This document shows positions 46,880-58,469 of a DNA stretch of 64,000 nucleotides, in pieces. The notes under the pieces are model-generated. The model did no database searches, was not told the DNA's origin, and saw only the letters and a program-made list of their open reading frames with translations. The translations under genes and the position numbers were made by a program. Every line of letters starts with the position of its first letter. Position 1 is the first letter of the stretch. Source of the stretch: Monocercomonoides exilis PA203 (taxonomy: Eukaryota > Protista > Preaxostyla); the NCBI GenBank assembly GCA_001643675.2, contig LSRY02000024.1, positions 806,001-870,000 on the forward strand. Reading direction: 5' to 3'.

Positions 46880-49455
46880 TCATCCTTCCTTTTGCATAAT
46901 ATCCAAGTTATACTTAAGCAACTTTTTCTCTTCTTCCAGTGCTTTTTCTTCTTTTTCTATTGCTTCAATTCTAGTTTTCATCTTTTCTTTCTCCGAAAAA
47001 TTATTAAAGCGATCGTTGATTTCAAACTTTTTACAGTCTTCCATTGTTGCTATTGAAGGTGACCTAAGTGCACTTGGAGAAGGAGATAATGATTCGGAAG
47101 GAGATTCTAAGCCTCTGTTCAGTTTTGTGTGTGCAGTCATCAACGATCCAGCTGTTTTCATGTGTAGCAAGAGAAAAAATGTTAATTAAAAGTGTTAAGA
47201 ATATATCGAATAAGGATAATGAAATTGGCCAGAAAAAGAGTATTATTTAAAGGAGTATGAAAAATATCATTGTTGCAGCACATCAACGAAAAATGATATA
47301 AAATAAAAAAAAAATAAAATAAAATTAAAAAAAGAAAAAGAAAAAAAGAAAAAGAAAAAAGAAAAAAGAAAAAAGAAAACCAAATATGTGTGTGCATTAA
47401 TATTTTCCATGTATTTCAAGAAAAACACACTTGCAAGAGAGCAGAGTAATGACAGTTCACCGCATAAAACGGCAGCTCCAAGAATGCTGGCAAGACGATC
47501 GCTAAATGTTCCTTTTTGTGCATGAGTCAAAGTTTTACTAGAGCTTTTTTCTTCCCCCATTACATCAGAATGCGAAGAACTGAAAACTTGAAAAGGAGTT
47601 TTTGATTCCAAATCTTCTTCTTTTTTATTTGTATCTTCAACAATTTTTCCTTCAATTTCTCGATTATCGTTGTGTTTCAAAGGAATGCAGCCGAGAAGAG
47701 CAAGATTAGCATGCTGCGAAGGAAGGCCTGTTCCGCCTCCAACAACACCAACTTCAACACTTGGCAATGTGCAGCTGATGCGCAGAGATCCATCATCTAA
47801 GCTAAATAAGAAGCAGCAAAAGTTCATGGGAATTAAATATTATTTGAAATGATTCAAATATTTCCATTGACGTTCAAATCATTTTGAATGGAAGAGATAA
47901 AAATTTTGAAGAATAAAATAAATTAATTTGGTATTAAATATTTGATTAATGAAAAAAATAAAGATTGTAGTCATCGAAATAAACAAATTGTCGAAAATGA
48001 AGAATCGAACAAGTGACACCAATGGCAAACCATTCGGTATCTGTTAGGCAGAACGAAGATTCAACAACTTGTGCAGCATCTTGCCCAGTAGCCAGAAATA
48101 AAGCTGCAACAATATTTGACGCATGGCAGTTATATCCTCCAACGCTGCCACTCATTGCAGAACCAATGAGATTCTTTGCTTTGTTTAAACGATCCACATC
48201 TGATGCCGAACAATGCATTACTCTGAATTAGTGAATATTTTGGCGTTACACGATTGAAAAAACATGCACAAAAATAAGTGCAAAAAATATGAATTTTATA
48301 AAATGCACAAAATGTAACAATAAGCGCAAAAGAAATTTAACAGTTGCAATTTACAAAAAAATTTTCAAAAAAAAATCACAAATGTTTTTGGAGTATTCGA
48401 CGCAAAAATCAGATTTATTTATTTTATGCACACTCAGAAAGTATCTTCCGTGTAATGACTGCCTCGGTTACTACATTTCTCCCTCTCCCTTCAATCCAAT
48501 TAACTGCTGATGCCTTTTTATCGGTGCACATATTCCCTGAAACACTATTTTGGTAAAAAAATGTTAATAACAATTTTCTCTCTCAATAAATTTGCCTCAT
48601 AAACAACCTCACAACTGTCATTTCGGGGAAATGGTCTCTTTTAAGAGATGCAAGACTTGCGTCAACAGCTTTTGTGATCATGTTCATTCCCATTGCTTCT
48701 CCCGTTGTGGCACTGAACCTTAGAAACAACCTTCTCCCTTGTTGAAATGGACGAACATGCTTCAGCGAGAGATGCGTCGAAGATTTCTCGAAAATATCTC
48801 CAAAATACTTTTGCGAGCTTTCTTGTTCTATCCAATTACAGCATTTAGCTGCACATTCAAGATTTGGTAGTTCAATGATTGGTGCTCTTGTCATTCCCAT
48901 CTGTTTAACAACTGTTGTAATTCCTCCTAAGCAATGAAGTGGTTAACTTTTTTCTTAAAAACATCAATCAACAAAACCGCTTAATGAGACAGCTTTCCCT
49001 CCTCGATTAATTGATGCTATCAAAGCACCTTCAGAAGTTGAAAGTGGTATTTGGAGATACTCTTTGTTTATAAGAATTGGATTTGTAATCCCTACAGGAA
49101 GAGTAATATATCCAATAACATTTTCGCAGCATCTGTGATAGACTCGTTTGTAGAAATCTGCGTGATCTGCTTTACTTAAGTCAGATTCAATTAGAGAATG
49201 CAACTCTTCCTTTTTATTTTCTGGAAATGAATCAATCATTAATTTCCTTCGAATCCTCACAGCAGTTTCGAAGTTTCCTTGACAATATTCTTCAATTTCG
49301 TGTCCTTTAATTTTTCCCGTCAATAATGATTGCAAAATATAATCTTCGTCTTGCGACTTATTAAGAGAATAAACGGAATGATTTTAACAATTTTTTTAAA
49401 TTAACGTTATAATTATAAATAGAATTTGCAAATAATATTCAGATTTAAAAACCAT
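46880..49455 (-). CDS. HMGR: Class I HMG-CoA reductase, catalytic domain only, multi-exon
   Basis: [92 protein letters not shown]. The inferred first exon is ATG only (49455-49453). Confidence 0.95.
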
Positions 49456-49523
49456 TTATTTGAAATAATAAAAAGACAATGAATATATAAATAATTGAGG
49501 GTTGATCGATTAATTGTTATTGG

Positions 49524-50183
49524 ATGGCCTCGTCAAGCACCGTTCCTTCGTCAAGAGGTGAAATTTTTTCCAAGTATCACATTCCAAGTGATTTTTTAGC
49601 AATAACCTATGGATGTTTAATTGATCAACTTGTTCAAGACTATGGAGATCCAAATTCTGTTTCACAAATTGTTCAGAAGATGGGAGTTCATATGGGAAAA
49701 CGAATGGCAGATGAAATTTTGGCAAAATCAAATCCGCTTCCATGTACTTCGTATAAACAATCTGTTGATGCTTGTGCACAGGTATTTGTCCATATTTTCA
49801 TTTTCAAATTTTTTATTTTATTTTTCAGATTGGATTTAAAATGCTGCTGAATGTCGATGCAAGCGTTACTCAGATACAAGATAATATTTTTATTATTTCA
49901 TTCCAAAACAATCCTCTCACTGAATTTGTTGAGGTTTGAACTTTTTTGTATTTTTTTGTTCATTTTTTTATGATGAATTTTACGACAGCTTCCTTCAAAT
50001 ATGAAAAAACTTTGGTACTCGAATGTTATTTGCGGAGTTATTGAAGGAGTTTTTGATACGTTAAAGTTAAATGTTGCCTGCTCTTTCATTGCCGACAAAC
50101 TAAGAGATGCAGATATAAATCAAATAAAAATCGAAGTCAAAGGGGCTACAAAAGAAACCATTTCAGAGTCTTTTGAAACATAA
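49524..50183 (+). CDS. BET3: TRAPP subunit Bet3/TRAPPC3 (exons 49524-49781, 49829-49933, 49989-50183)
   Basis: TYG.L..QL..DY, KMG..MG.R...E.LAK, conserved Cys, IGFKM.L, NPLTEFVE|LP, LWYSN..CGVI.G. Confidence 0.93.
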
Positions 50184-50347
50184 TTATAACTTTTATTTTT
50201 TGATGTTTTATTTTTAAAAAAAGTTTTTTATAAGAAAAGCTTTTATTTTTCAATGAAGACAATGAAAGAATGAGAAATTATAAAAAGAGGGAAAAAGCAA
50301 AATTAGCCCAAGCAAATAACGTATTTCAAAGGAAACTGTTATTTGGT

Positions 50348-51709
50348 TTAATGTAGGAAATTTGGAGTATCTGGTGCATGAAGATGGCCCCTTGATGTGG
50401 TTTCCTTTAATCTCGTCCATGGATCTTTGCTTGCTGGAAGAACAAAAGGTGTAGAAGATGGGGGGATTCCTAAAATGAAAATTATCTCATGCAAGTAATA
50501 TTGGAAAATAATATGAAAAATCAAACCAAGATCACTTGCAATAAATGGGCTCAGTGGAGGTCTGGCTGAAGAAGGCCTTGAAGGTGTTCTTGATCTTGCA
50601 GGAATTGCAGATGGGAGAGGATAAGACGATAATGCAGATGAAGAGGAGGAGGATGATGATGATGATGATACAGAAGAAGATCTGGGTGAATGAATTGAGG
50701 GAGTGTGAAGCGATAGTCTTGTTGCAGGAGAACTACTAATACCTCCAAGAGGAAGAGATGGTGATTGTGTAGGATTAGAATGGGAGCGAGATGAAGATGA
50801 TGGAGCTGGCGAAGAAGAATAGCGAGGTGTAGACGAAGGGGATAAGGAGCGTCGAGGAGTTGAGGATGGAGAAAGAGATCGCATCGGTCCAAAAGGAGTG
50901 GATGTGCGTGACAACGTTGGGGACATTGTCATGCTTGGATGAATTTGATGCGTGCGTGAAAATGCAGACATTTTTGCCTTTAAAATGTCCATCATTTCTT
51001 CGAGTTTTCTTTTTTGCTTGACTTTTTCAGCAAATTTCTCTTCAAGTTCTTTATAATCTTTTTTTCCGCTTGTAATTTCTTCTGTCAACTGCTTAATCTG
51101 TGTCTTCAATGCAATCAGTGCTTGATTTCCTTTCGAAAGTTTTTCTTCGAATTGGCGTTGCATTTCCGTCATTTTTTGTTGGGCCTTTCTGTTCAAAAAT
51201 GATAGATAAGCTATTTCATTTTGTTTTTGATACGAATAGAAAGCAAGTCCACGTGCTGCCATCTCCATAACTTTTTAAATAAAAAAAGGTTACACATTTT
51301 AATTTTTCATAATATTATTAAAATATATACTTGTTTCAGGATCTAATCCACACAACGACATGGATCGAAATTGGTCAGAAGGATTTAAATCAACAAGTTG
51401 TACTTCACCTCTAAGATAATAAATACAATTATAGAAGATGACTTTTATTCGAGGAGTAGACAAACTCTCCGCGAACATCTTTGTCACATCCAGGACAAGT
51501 CGTGTTTTTTTGAAAATGAGCTTTTCCGCAATCTAAGCCTAATATTTATTATTCAGATACAAATTTTATATTTTAATATCATTTCATTAAATATATTCGA
51601 AAAATAAAGCGATCAAAAGCATACAAAACATATGAGAGCATATTGTTATATAACAGTGAGTCGAATTCTCCCCTCCAAGTTTCTTCCAGCATTTATTACA
51701 TCTAAACAT
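50348..51709 (-). CDS. HEI10: HEI10/CCNB1IP1-like meiotic RING E3 ligase
   Basis: Spliced N-terminus MFRCNKCWKKL...ITICSHMFCLDC...F...TCPGC, then LNPSDQFRSMSLCGLDPE, MEMAARGLAFYSYQ, a coiled coil and a Ser/Pro-rich tail. Confidence 0.85.
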
Positions 51710-52961
51710 ATTAATGCGCAAGAAGAAACAGTATATGAACAGAAGAGTCCGTTTTCTTTGTATTTATCTCGATAATAAATTGACCGGCATTTTTTAAGTT
51801 TTCATTTTTCATTAAGGGTTAATTAAAAACACTCTTTTTAAAAATTATTTTCCACAATATATCATCTGTTATCTTCCACAGTTTTTTCAACTTTTGAAAT
51901 TTCAAAAAACATATAAGTCTTCTTTAATAATTATATATTTCCACCATATTTATTTTTAAAAAAAACAATAAAACAAAATAATTAATATGAACATAATAAT
52001 GAATTTTACATGTTCATAACAAAAATTAACTCATAAATTGTGAAAACACAATAATTAATATTTCCTTGTGGCCAATACTTCATTTTCTTCGATATATTTC
52101 ATTTTCCTAAAAATCAAAAGGGAAATTTTTAAACATCGATAAAATAAGAAAAAAATAAATATTAATAATGTTACATTTAAATGGAAATATATAATCTGAA
52201 AATAGCAAATGCAATTTAGAAAATTAATCGAAATATAAGTCAGAGTCCTTTCTAAAAAGATTGGACAGAATAAAATCATAAAGTTCATAAGCAGAACTGG
52301 TTATACAATTTTGTTTCATCATTAAAAAACATAACAATTGCACATCTCAAAAAAACAATGTACATTACCACATACCTCAATATTTTTGAAATATTCCGAA
52401 AAAAAATTAAAGATCTCTCATATTTTATAAAGCATTTTTCATTTTCAACTCAAATTCAACAATATAAACAATGATCACTTCTCACATGCTCTTTGCATCG
52501 CATTTAATATTTGATCCTTAACCATTCATTGCATTGATGTCGATCAAAATGGAGAACAATGAAAATATTTAATATCGCTTTATAGAAATAACTTTGAAAA
52601 ATTTTAACAGTTATGTTGGTATTTAATGATTTTTGAACAAAGAATCTTTCCATAATAATTTTTTGTAACTTGAAAGTTAGATTTATCGTGATTTATGAAT
52701 GATAACATTCGAAGATGAGTTTGCAAAAATGTTTTTGTGAAATTTATGATTATAATCTCATTCTCCTTTTTTTGAAAGTGTTGAATCAGTTGTTTCTGAT
52801 GCACATTCGAATGCAGTAAATCAGAAAGCAGTTGGAAGCGTGAGTTTTCGATTTAACGCAGAGTGCGTATCTTCTTTTACTTTGTTTGTTATTTAGCTGT
52901 ATTTCTATTCATATGAAGTGATTCATATCATAATTTTTCTGATCGATATGAAGACATTTCT

Positions 52962-55532
52962 ATGGTTTCAACCAGACTAGTCAATTTAGAAGAACGAAAA
53001 TTCAAGCTTTTAGAGGAGCTCCAAAAGCAACAGAACCAAAATAATGAAGAAAATTCTGTCGTTTTTGGATCTTCATCGAAAAATAGAGAGTATTTGATGG
53101 AATCTCAGTATTCTTCTCTTTTGTCGCAAATTCAATCGATTGAAAAAGAAATTCAACAATATGAAGATGCTAAAAAGAAACAAGAAGAAGACTTATTGAA
53201 TTCAAAACAAAAAAAGTTGGAACTTATTGAAACATTAAAACATTATGTACAAGAAGAAGAAGAATCAATAAAACAAGCTGAACTTATCGAGAAAGAAGCT
53301 GAAGAAATGAAGAAAGCCGAAGATAAATACCAAAAAGAACGAGAGAGAATTACGCAGATGATGAATGAAGTTGTTCAAGCCAAGGAACAACTTGAGCAAG
53401 TTATATCTGAACACGAGACTAAAAGGACAGAAAGAATGAGATTGAAGAATGAAAGAGAAGCAGAAAAGAAAAGAAAGGCACAGAGAAAAAACGCACAGGA
53501 TAAGAAAAACAATGTAAGCGAAGAAGCCAATAAGTCAAAACAGATAATGGAAAAATCACAGAGAAATACAGAGAAATCTCCAAATTCCATAGAAAAGACA
53601 GAAAAAGCTGCCCAAACGCAAAGCAAGCAAGAGCAGCCTGAGTCACAAGCCGGTTTGAGTGATCCTTCTACAGACAGGAATTCAGTCAATGAAGCACTCC
53701 CTCTGCTGCAGAGTGTGGCTGAGCAGCTATCTTCTCTGTCTGTTGCGCTGGCTGGCTCTGAAGCATCGCAGGCTGAACAGGAACCTTCCACTCCTCAGAA
53801 ACAGCGCTTTATTCTTGAAGACAATAGCAGCAGCTCAAATCACTTTCAGCAGGATGATTTCGGTGGACAGCAGCTTTTGTTGCAGGGAAAAGAAAGAGGA
53901 GGAGGAAGAGGAGAAGAAGAAGAACAAGAAGGCAATGGAGATGAAAAAAGAGGAGAAGAATCAGAAATCTCTCTGTTACATCAAACTCCATCTAATCATT
54001 TCCCATTCAATTCTGATGCATCTGATATCCCAGCCAGTCAAAACCTTATTTCTGTCTCCCCAAACACCCCCAAAACGCCTCCTCGTGTTGTCAGGACACA
54101 ATCTTCGCCGGCAAAATTGACTCCGCCTCTTTCATTGAATGCACAGAATCAGCTGAGTGCTATCAAAGAAGACCCATCCACTCCATTTGTGGCAGACAGA
54201 ATGAGTTCTGTTGAAGATCTGCAGAGAGAGTGTGGGGTTATGGCTTTGTCTGACTCAGAATTTGCATCGTCTTTTGAAGTGCCGCAATTGAATGAGAAAA
54301 TGACAAGTGAAAATCAAGTGAAACTTGTGGCACACACATTTGTGTCAGATGAAAAGAAGATGAAGAAAAACAAGGGGTTAAAGAAGACGAAGAAAGACGA
54401 AGATAAAAAGAAAGAAGGAGAGAAAGAGAAAGAGGAAAAGGATAAAAAACATGAGCACAAACACAAACATGCTGGGAAGAAAGAAGATTCACAGGCAAAA
54501 GAAGAGGCAAAGAAGATGAAGCGTTTGGAGCTGCAGTCGGTGATGAGTGAGATACAAGCAACACTTGAAGGAGAAAGAGAAGAAGAAGAGATTGGAGAAG
54601 AGGGTGATGAAGGGGAAGATGGCAGTAATGCAGAGAAACAAGAAGAAGAGGAGGAGGAGGAGGAAGAGGAAGAAGAAGTCACAGAAGTTGTTGATTCTGA
54701 AGGTTCAAAAGATTCTGATGATGAAATTGGTGAAGAAAATGATAATGATGCTGCTTTTAGAACATCAATGGATTCCAAAGAAGATAATGTATTATTCAAT
54801 TCTTCAAACACAATCCCTCTTCAAACATCTGATGAGTCTTTTGATCCAATGCATCCTTGTACGATTCTTGTGAACAAGCAGAAGAAGAAGAAGAAGAATA
54901 GCAAAGCAGTTGGGACACAGTGCGAAGATGGAGAAGAAGAAGAGGAGGAGGAGGAGGAAGAAAATGATGATGATGATGATGATGATAGAGAGAAAGATGA
55001 AGATGAGTCTCGTTCTCTCTCTTCTGCACACACTTCACACCCTCTTTCACCTTCTGTCTTTTCCTCTGCCAGCAACTATGCTGGCAAGTATTCTACAGGC
55101 ACTTCAATGTCAGATTCTTTTCTCTCTTCCTCTTCTTCATCCTCCTCCTCCTCCTCCTCTTCTTCTTCTTCTTCTTCTTCACTTCCATCCAACACTTCAC
55201 GAATTGCTCTTTCCTATCAGCCAAAGCGCTCCTCTTTGCCCCGCAGTGCGCGAGCAAGACACGCAAACAACCGTCTGTTGGCAGACATTGTTACAAAAGT
55301 GTCTTCGATTGATGAGAGGCTGCGGATGATTGACTCTGCCCAGGCTAAAAGCAAAGTGCTGCTGCGTTCTCAGAGGAATGGTGGTGGGCAGAAGGAGAAT
55401 GAAGAGAATAGAAATGAAGAGGATGAAGAGGATGATGATGATGAAGGACATCATCCTGTTTTCATTGCTTTTCTCACGTTGTTTATTATGTTGTTTGCTT
55501 TCTCGCTTTTTTGCTTCTATCTCGTTTTGTGA
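52962..55532 (+). CDS. Coiled-coil protein with a C-terminal transmembrane anchor (tail-anchored)
   Basis: About 200-aa N-terminal heptad-rich region, acidic linkers, terminal hydrophobic helix VFIAFLTLFIMLFAFSLFCFYLVL*. Confidence 0.75.
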   Translation: MVSTRLVNLEERKFKLLEELQKQQNQNNEENSVVFGSSSKNREYLMESQYSSLLSQIQSIEKEIQQYEDAKKKQEEDLLNSKQKKLELIETLKHYVQEEEESIKQAELIEKEAEEMKKAEDKYQKERERITQMMNEVVQAKEQLEQVISEHETKRTERMRLKNEREAEKKRKAQRKNAQDKKNNVSEEANKSKQIMEKSQRNTEKSPNSIEKTEKAAQTQSKQEQPESQAGLSDPSTDRNSVNEALPLLQSVAEQLSSLSVALAGSEASQAEQEPSTPQKQRFILEDNSSSSNHFQQDDFGGQQLLLQGKERGGGRGEEEEQEGNGDEKRGEESEISLLHQTPSNHFPFNSDASDIPASQNLISVSPNTPKTPPRVVRTQSSPAKLTPPLSLNAQNQLSAIKEDPSTPFVADRMSSVEDLQRECGVMALSDSEFASSFEVPQLNEKMTSENQVKLVAHTFVSDEKKMKKNKGLKKTKKDEDKKKEGEKEKEEKDKKHEHKHKHAGKKEDSQAKEEAKKMKRLELQSVMSEIQATLEGEREEEEIGEEGDEGEDGSNAEKQEEEEEEEEEEEEVTEVVDSEGSKDSDDEIGEENDNDAAFRTSMDSKEDNVLFNSSNTIPLQTSDESFDPMHPCTILVNKQKKKKKNSKAVGTQCEDGEEEEEEEEEENDDDDDDDREKDEDESRSLSSAHTSHPLSPSVFSSASNYAGKYSTGTSMSDSFLSSSSSSSSSSSSSSSSSSSLPSNTSRIALSYQPKRSSLPRSARARHANNRLLADIVTKVSSIDERLRMIDSAQAKSKVLLRSQRNGGGQKENEENRNEEDEEDDDDEGHHPVFIAFLTLFIMLFAFSLFCFYLVL

Positions 55533-55779
55533 AACGAAATATTAGAAATTATAATGATTATTTATTTTCTTTTCTTTTTATTTATCTTTTCTTTTTTGAA
55601 TAAAATTAGAATAAAATGTTGTATTGCGTGTTTGTATTGACTGCTCATTTTTTTTTTCTATTTCTTTTCTTTTTTCTGAAGTAATTAAATAATGTCTCCA
55701 ACATAAAAAGAAAAAATGCAAAGCAAAACGAAAAAGAAACAGAAATAAAAGTTAAAAGAAGTAATTCTATAATCACTAA

Positions 55780-56263
55780 ATAATAATAATGATAAAAGAA
55801 AAGAGAAAGAGAAAGAGAAAGAGAAAGAGAGGAAGAATAATAAAAAGTCACTGAAACACACAAAACGAAGAAGAAAATGTGAGGAGAAGAAATAAAAGGG
55901 AAAAGAAGAAGGAAAATAACGTTCTTTTTTAATAGTGCAAACAAATAATCGAAATGAAGTAGTGAACTGTTGAATATTTATGAGTATAATTGTGAAAAAG
56001 ACAAAGAAAAGAAAAGAAAAGAAAAGAAAAGAAAAGAAAAGAAAAGAAAAGAAAAGAAAAGCAACCAAACAAAAGGGAAGGAAAGAAAGAAGAAAGAAGG
56101 AACGTGTTCTAAGATTAAAAATGATTAACCTTCAGAGTTTTGTTGGAATTTGTATTGAAAAAAATAAAAAAAACATGGAATTATAAACAAAAAGAATAAA
56201 TATTGATTGATAGTTTTTAATAAAACGCACAAGAAATAAATGAAAAAATAAGTAGAAGAAGAA

Positions 56264-56299
<36 letters not shown>

Positions 56300-56830
56300 A
56301 TTGAAAAAACAAAAATGCAAAAACATTATAAGAGCTTACAGCAATTGAAAATACATTTTGAAAAAGAAGGAAAAAAGCATAATTCATCTTAAAGCTGTGG
56401 AAGTGAATGGAGAAAGAAAGAAAGAGAAAGAGAGATAAAGAGAGAGAGAGAGAGAGAGAGAAAGCAAAAGAGAGAAAGCAAAAGAAAGAAAGCAAAAGAG
56501 AGAAAGAGAGAAAGAGAGAAAGAGAGAGAGAGAGAGAAAGAGAGAGATAGAGAGAGAGAAAGAGAGAGAGAGAAAATTTAGAGTGAATGCAAACTGGTGA
56601 TTAAAATGACAGAATATAAAAGCAAATAGAGTATTGTGATTAATGTGATTGTAATTCATCCTCGAAATATCCCGAAGCTCGCAAAATCGACGAAATAAAA
56701 AAGAAAGAAGAAGAAGAAGAAGAAGAAAGAAAGAAAGAAAGATGGATTGATAAATAGATATATTCAAAGAAAATGAAAGAACAAAAAAAAAAAAAGAAAA
56801 CAGAAAACAGAAAAAAGCAAAGGATCAAAA
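55780..56830 (+). repeat. Cluster of purine-rich simple repeats: (AAAAG)n, (GAT)n, (AG)n, (AAAGAG)n
   Basis: (AAAAG)n about 56006-56060, (GAT)n about 56263-56297, AG-rich 56410-56575. Confidence 0.85.
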
Positions 56831-57201
56831 GAATCAACGAAAAAACACAAAGTCATTATTGTCATTATTAAATTTTCATCATTGCACAATAGTGTTCAAA
56901 GAATTGTTCGTTTTTCTGTACTTTTCAGAAGTAAATAGACTGTTAACTTCTAACAAAAGCATCAACAAATCGCAAATGAGTAAGTTTAACTTCATCTTCC
57001 TTCCAAAATGTACATTGAACAAACCTGCCTTTCATAATAGTCTAACAGAAAAACAGTAACAATAACAAATGCTATAAGAAAGGCAGTGAGCATGATCTTT
57101 CATTACAAAGAAGGTTCAAAAGGAAATTTTGAAAAAAGAAGAAGAAGAAGAAGAGAAAGAAAGAAAGAAAAAGAAAATTGAAAGAAAAAAAAATATTTCT
57201 T

Positions 57202-58312
57202 TTATTTCCATCCGGGTCTGCGAACTGGTGAAGCACCAGAGGAATACTGAGACGATCTGAAAGAGGAAGAATAAGGAGCAGAATATGAAGGAGAAGATGA
57301 AGAAGAAGAAGAAGAAGAAGAAGATGAGGATGAAGGGACAGATCTAACAGGAGAAGAGGCAGTGGAGCAAGAGGGATACGAATAAGCAGAAGGAGGGGCA
57401 GGGCGGTTGGGTGTTCTGGCAGAAGAGACAGAAGAAGAAGAAGAGGAAAAAGAAGAGGAAGAAGAAGAAGAAGAAGAAAGAGAAGATGTCTTTGAGAAGT
57501 GAGAAGCAGGATAAGAAGGCGATCTGGAGTATGCTGCAGCATAAGAAGTGACATAGCGAGAGGAGGAAGACAAGGAAGGAGAAGAGGAAGAGGAGGAAGA
57601 GGAAGAAGAAGAAGAAGGAGCAGCAGAGCGAGTGAGTGAATATGCGCTTGTTCTCTGAGGAGGATAAGAGGGAGATCGGATGGGTTCAGATGTTCGTCTT
57701 TCGCTTTCTGAGACCAAAGGAATGGAAGAAGAAGAAGAGGGAGAGGCAGAAGAAGAGGAAGAAGAATAAGAAGAGGGAGAAGAAGAGGAAGAAGAGGAAG
57801 ATGATGATGATGTTTGTGGTGTATAAATCTGAGTATGTTTCATCGGCCCTCTCAGAGGAGATGGGTGTGGATCAATCACAAGAGCAGAGGAAGATGGCGT
57901 GGAAGAAGAAGACGGAGAGGAAGAGGAAGAAGAAGAAGAAAGAGCATAAGAAGGCACCGTTGAGCGTGAAGGTGTTGAGAGATAAGACGGTGACAAAGAG
58001 GCACGCGCTGCAGTTGAAGATCCCAACCTGCGCTCCAATTTCTCCGAAGATTGAGTTTCTCCGGGCTCCGCAAATTCTCCTCCTTCTCTGCTTTTCTTCT
58101 CGTTTTCCGCATCTTTAGCTCTCCTCCACTCTCTCAGCTGCCCTTCTATCCTTCCCAGGAATGCCTGCTGCTGCCCAATCACTGACCCTGGCCGGCACAC
58201 TCTGATCCATCCGATGGCTTCGGCAGAGGTGAAGCCGTAGTTGGCCATCATGTAGCAGGCAATGAGGGTGCCGGTGCGGCCGAGCCCGGCTTTGCAGTGG
58301 ACAGCGAGAACA

Positions 58313-58405
<93 letters not shown>

Positions 58406-58426
58406 AAGAGAAAGAGAAAGAGAAAG

Positions 58427-58469
<43 letters not shown>

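Noticed and set aside
55440-55532. KASH protein call
   Set aside because: No luminal tail or PPPX after the TM helix
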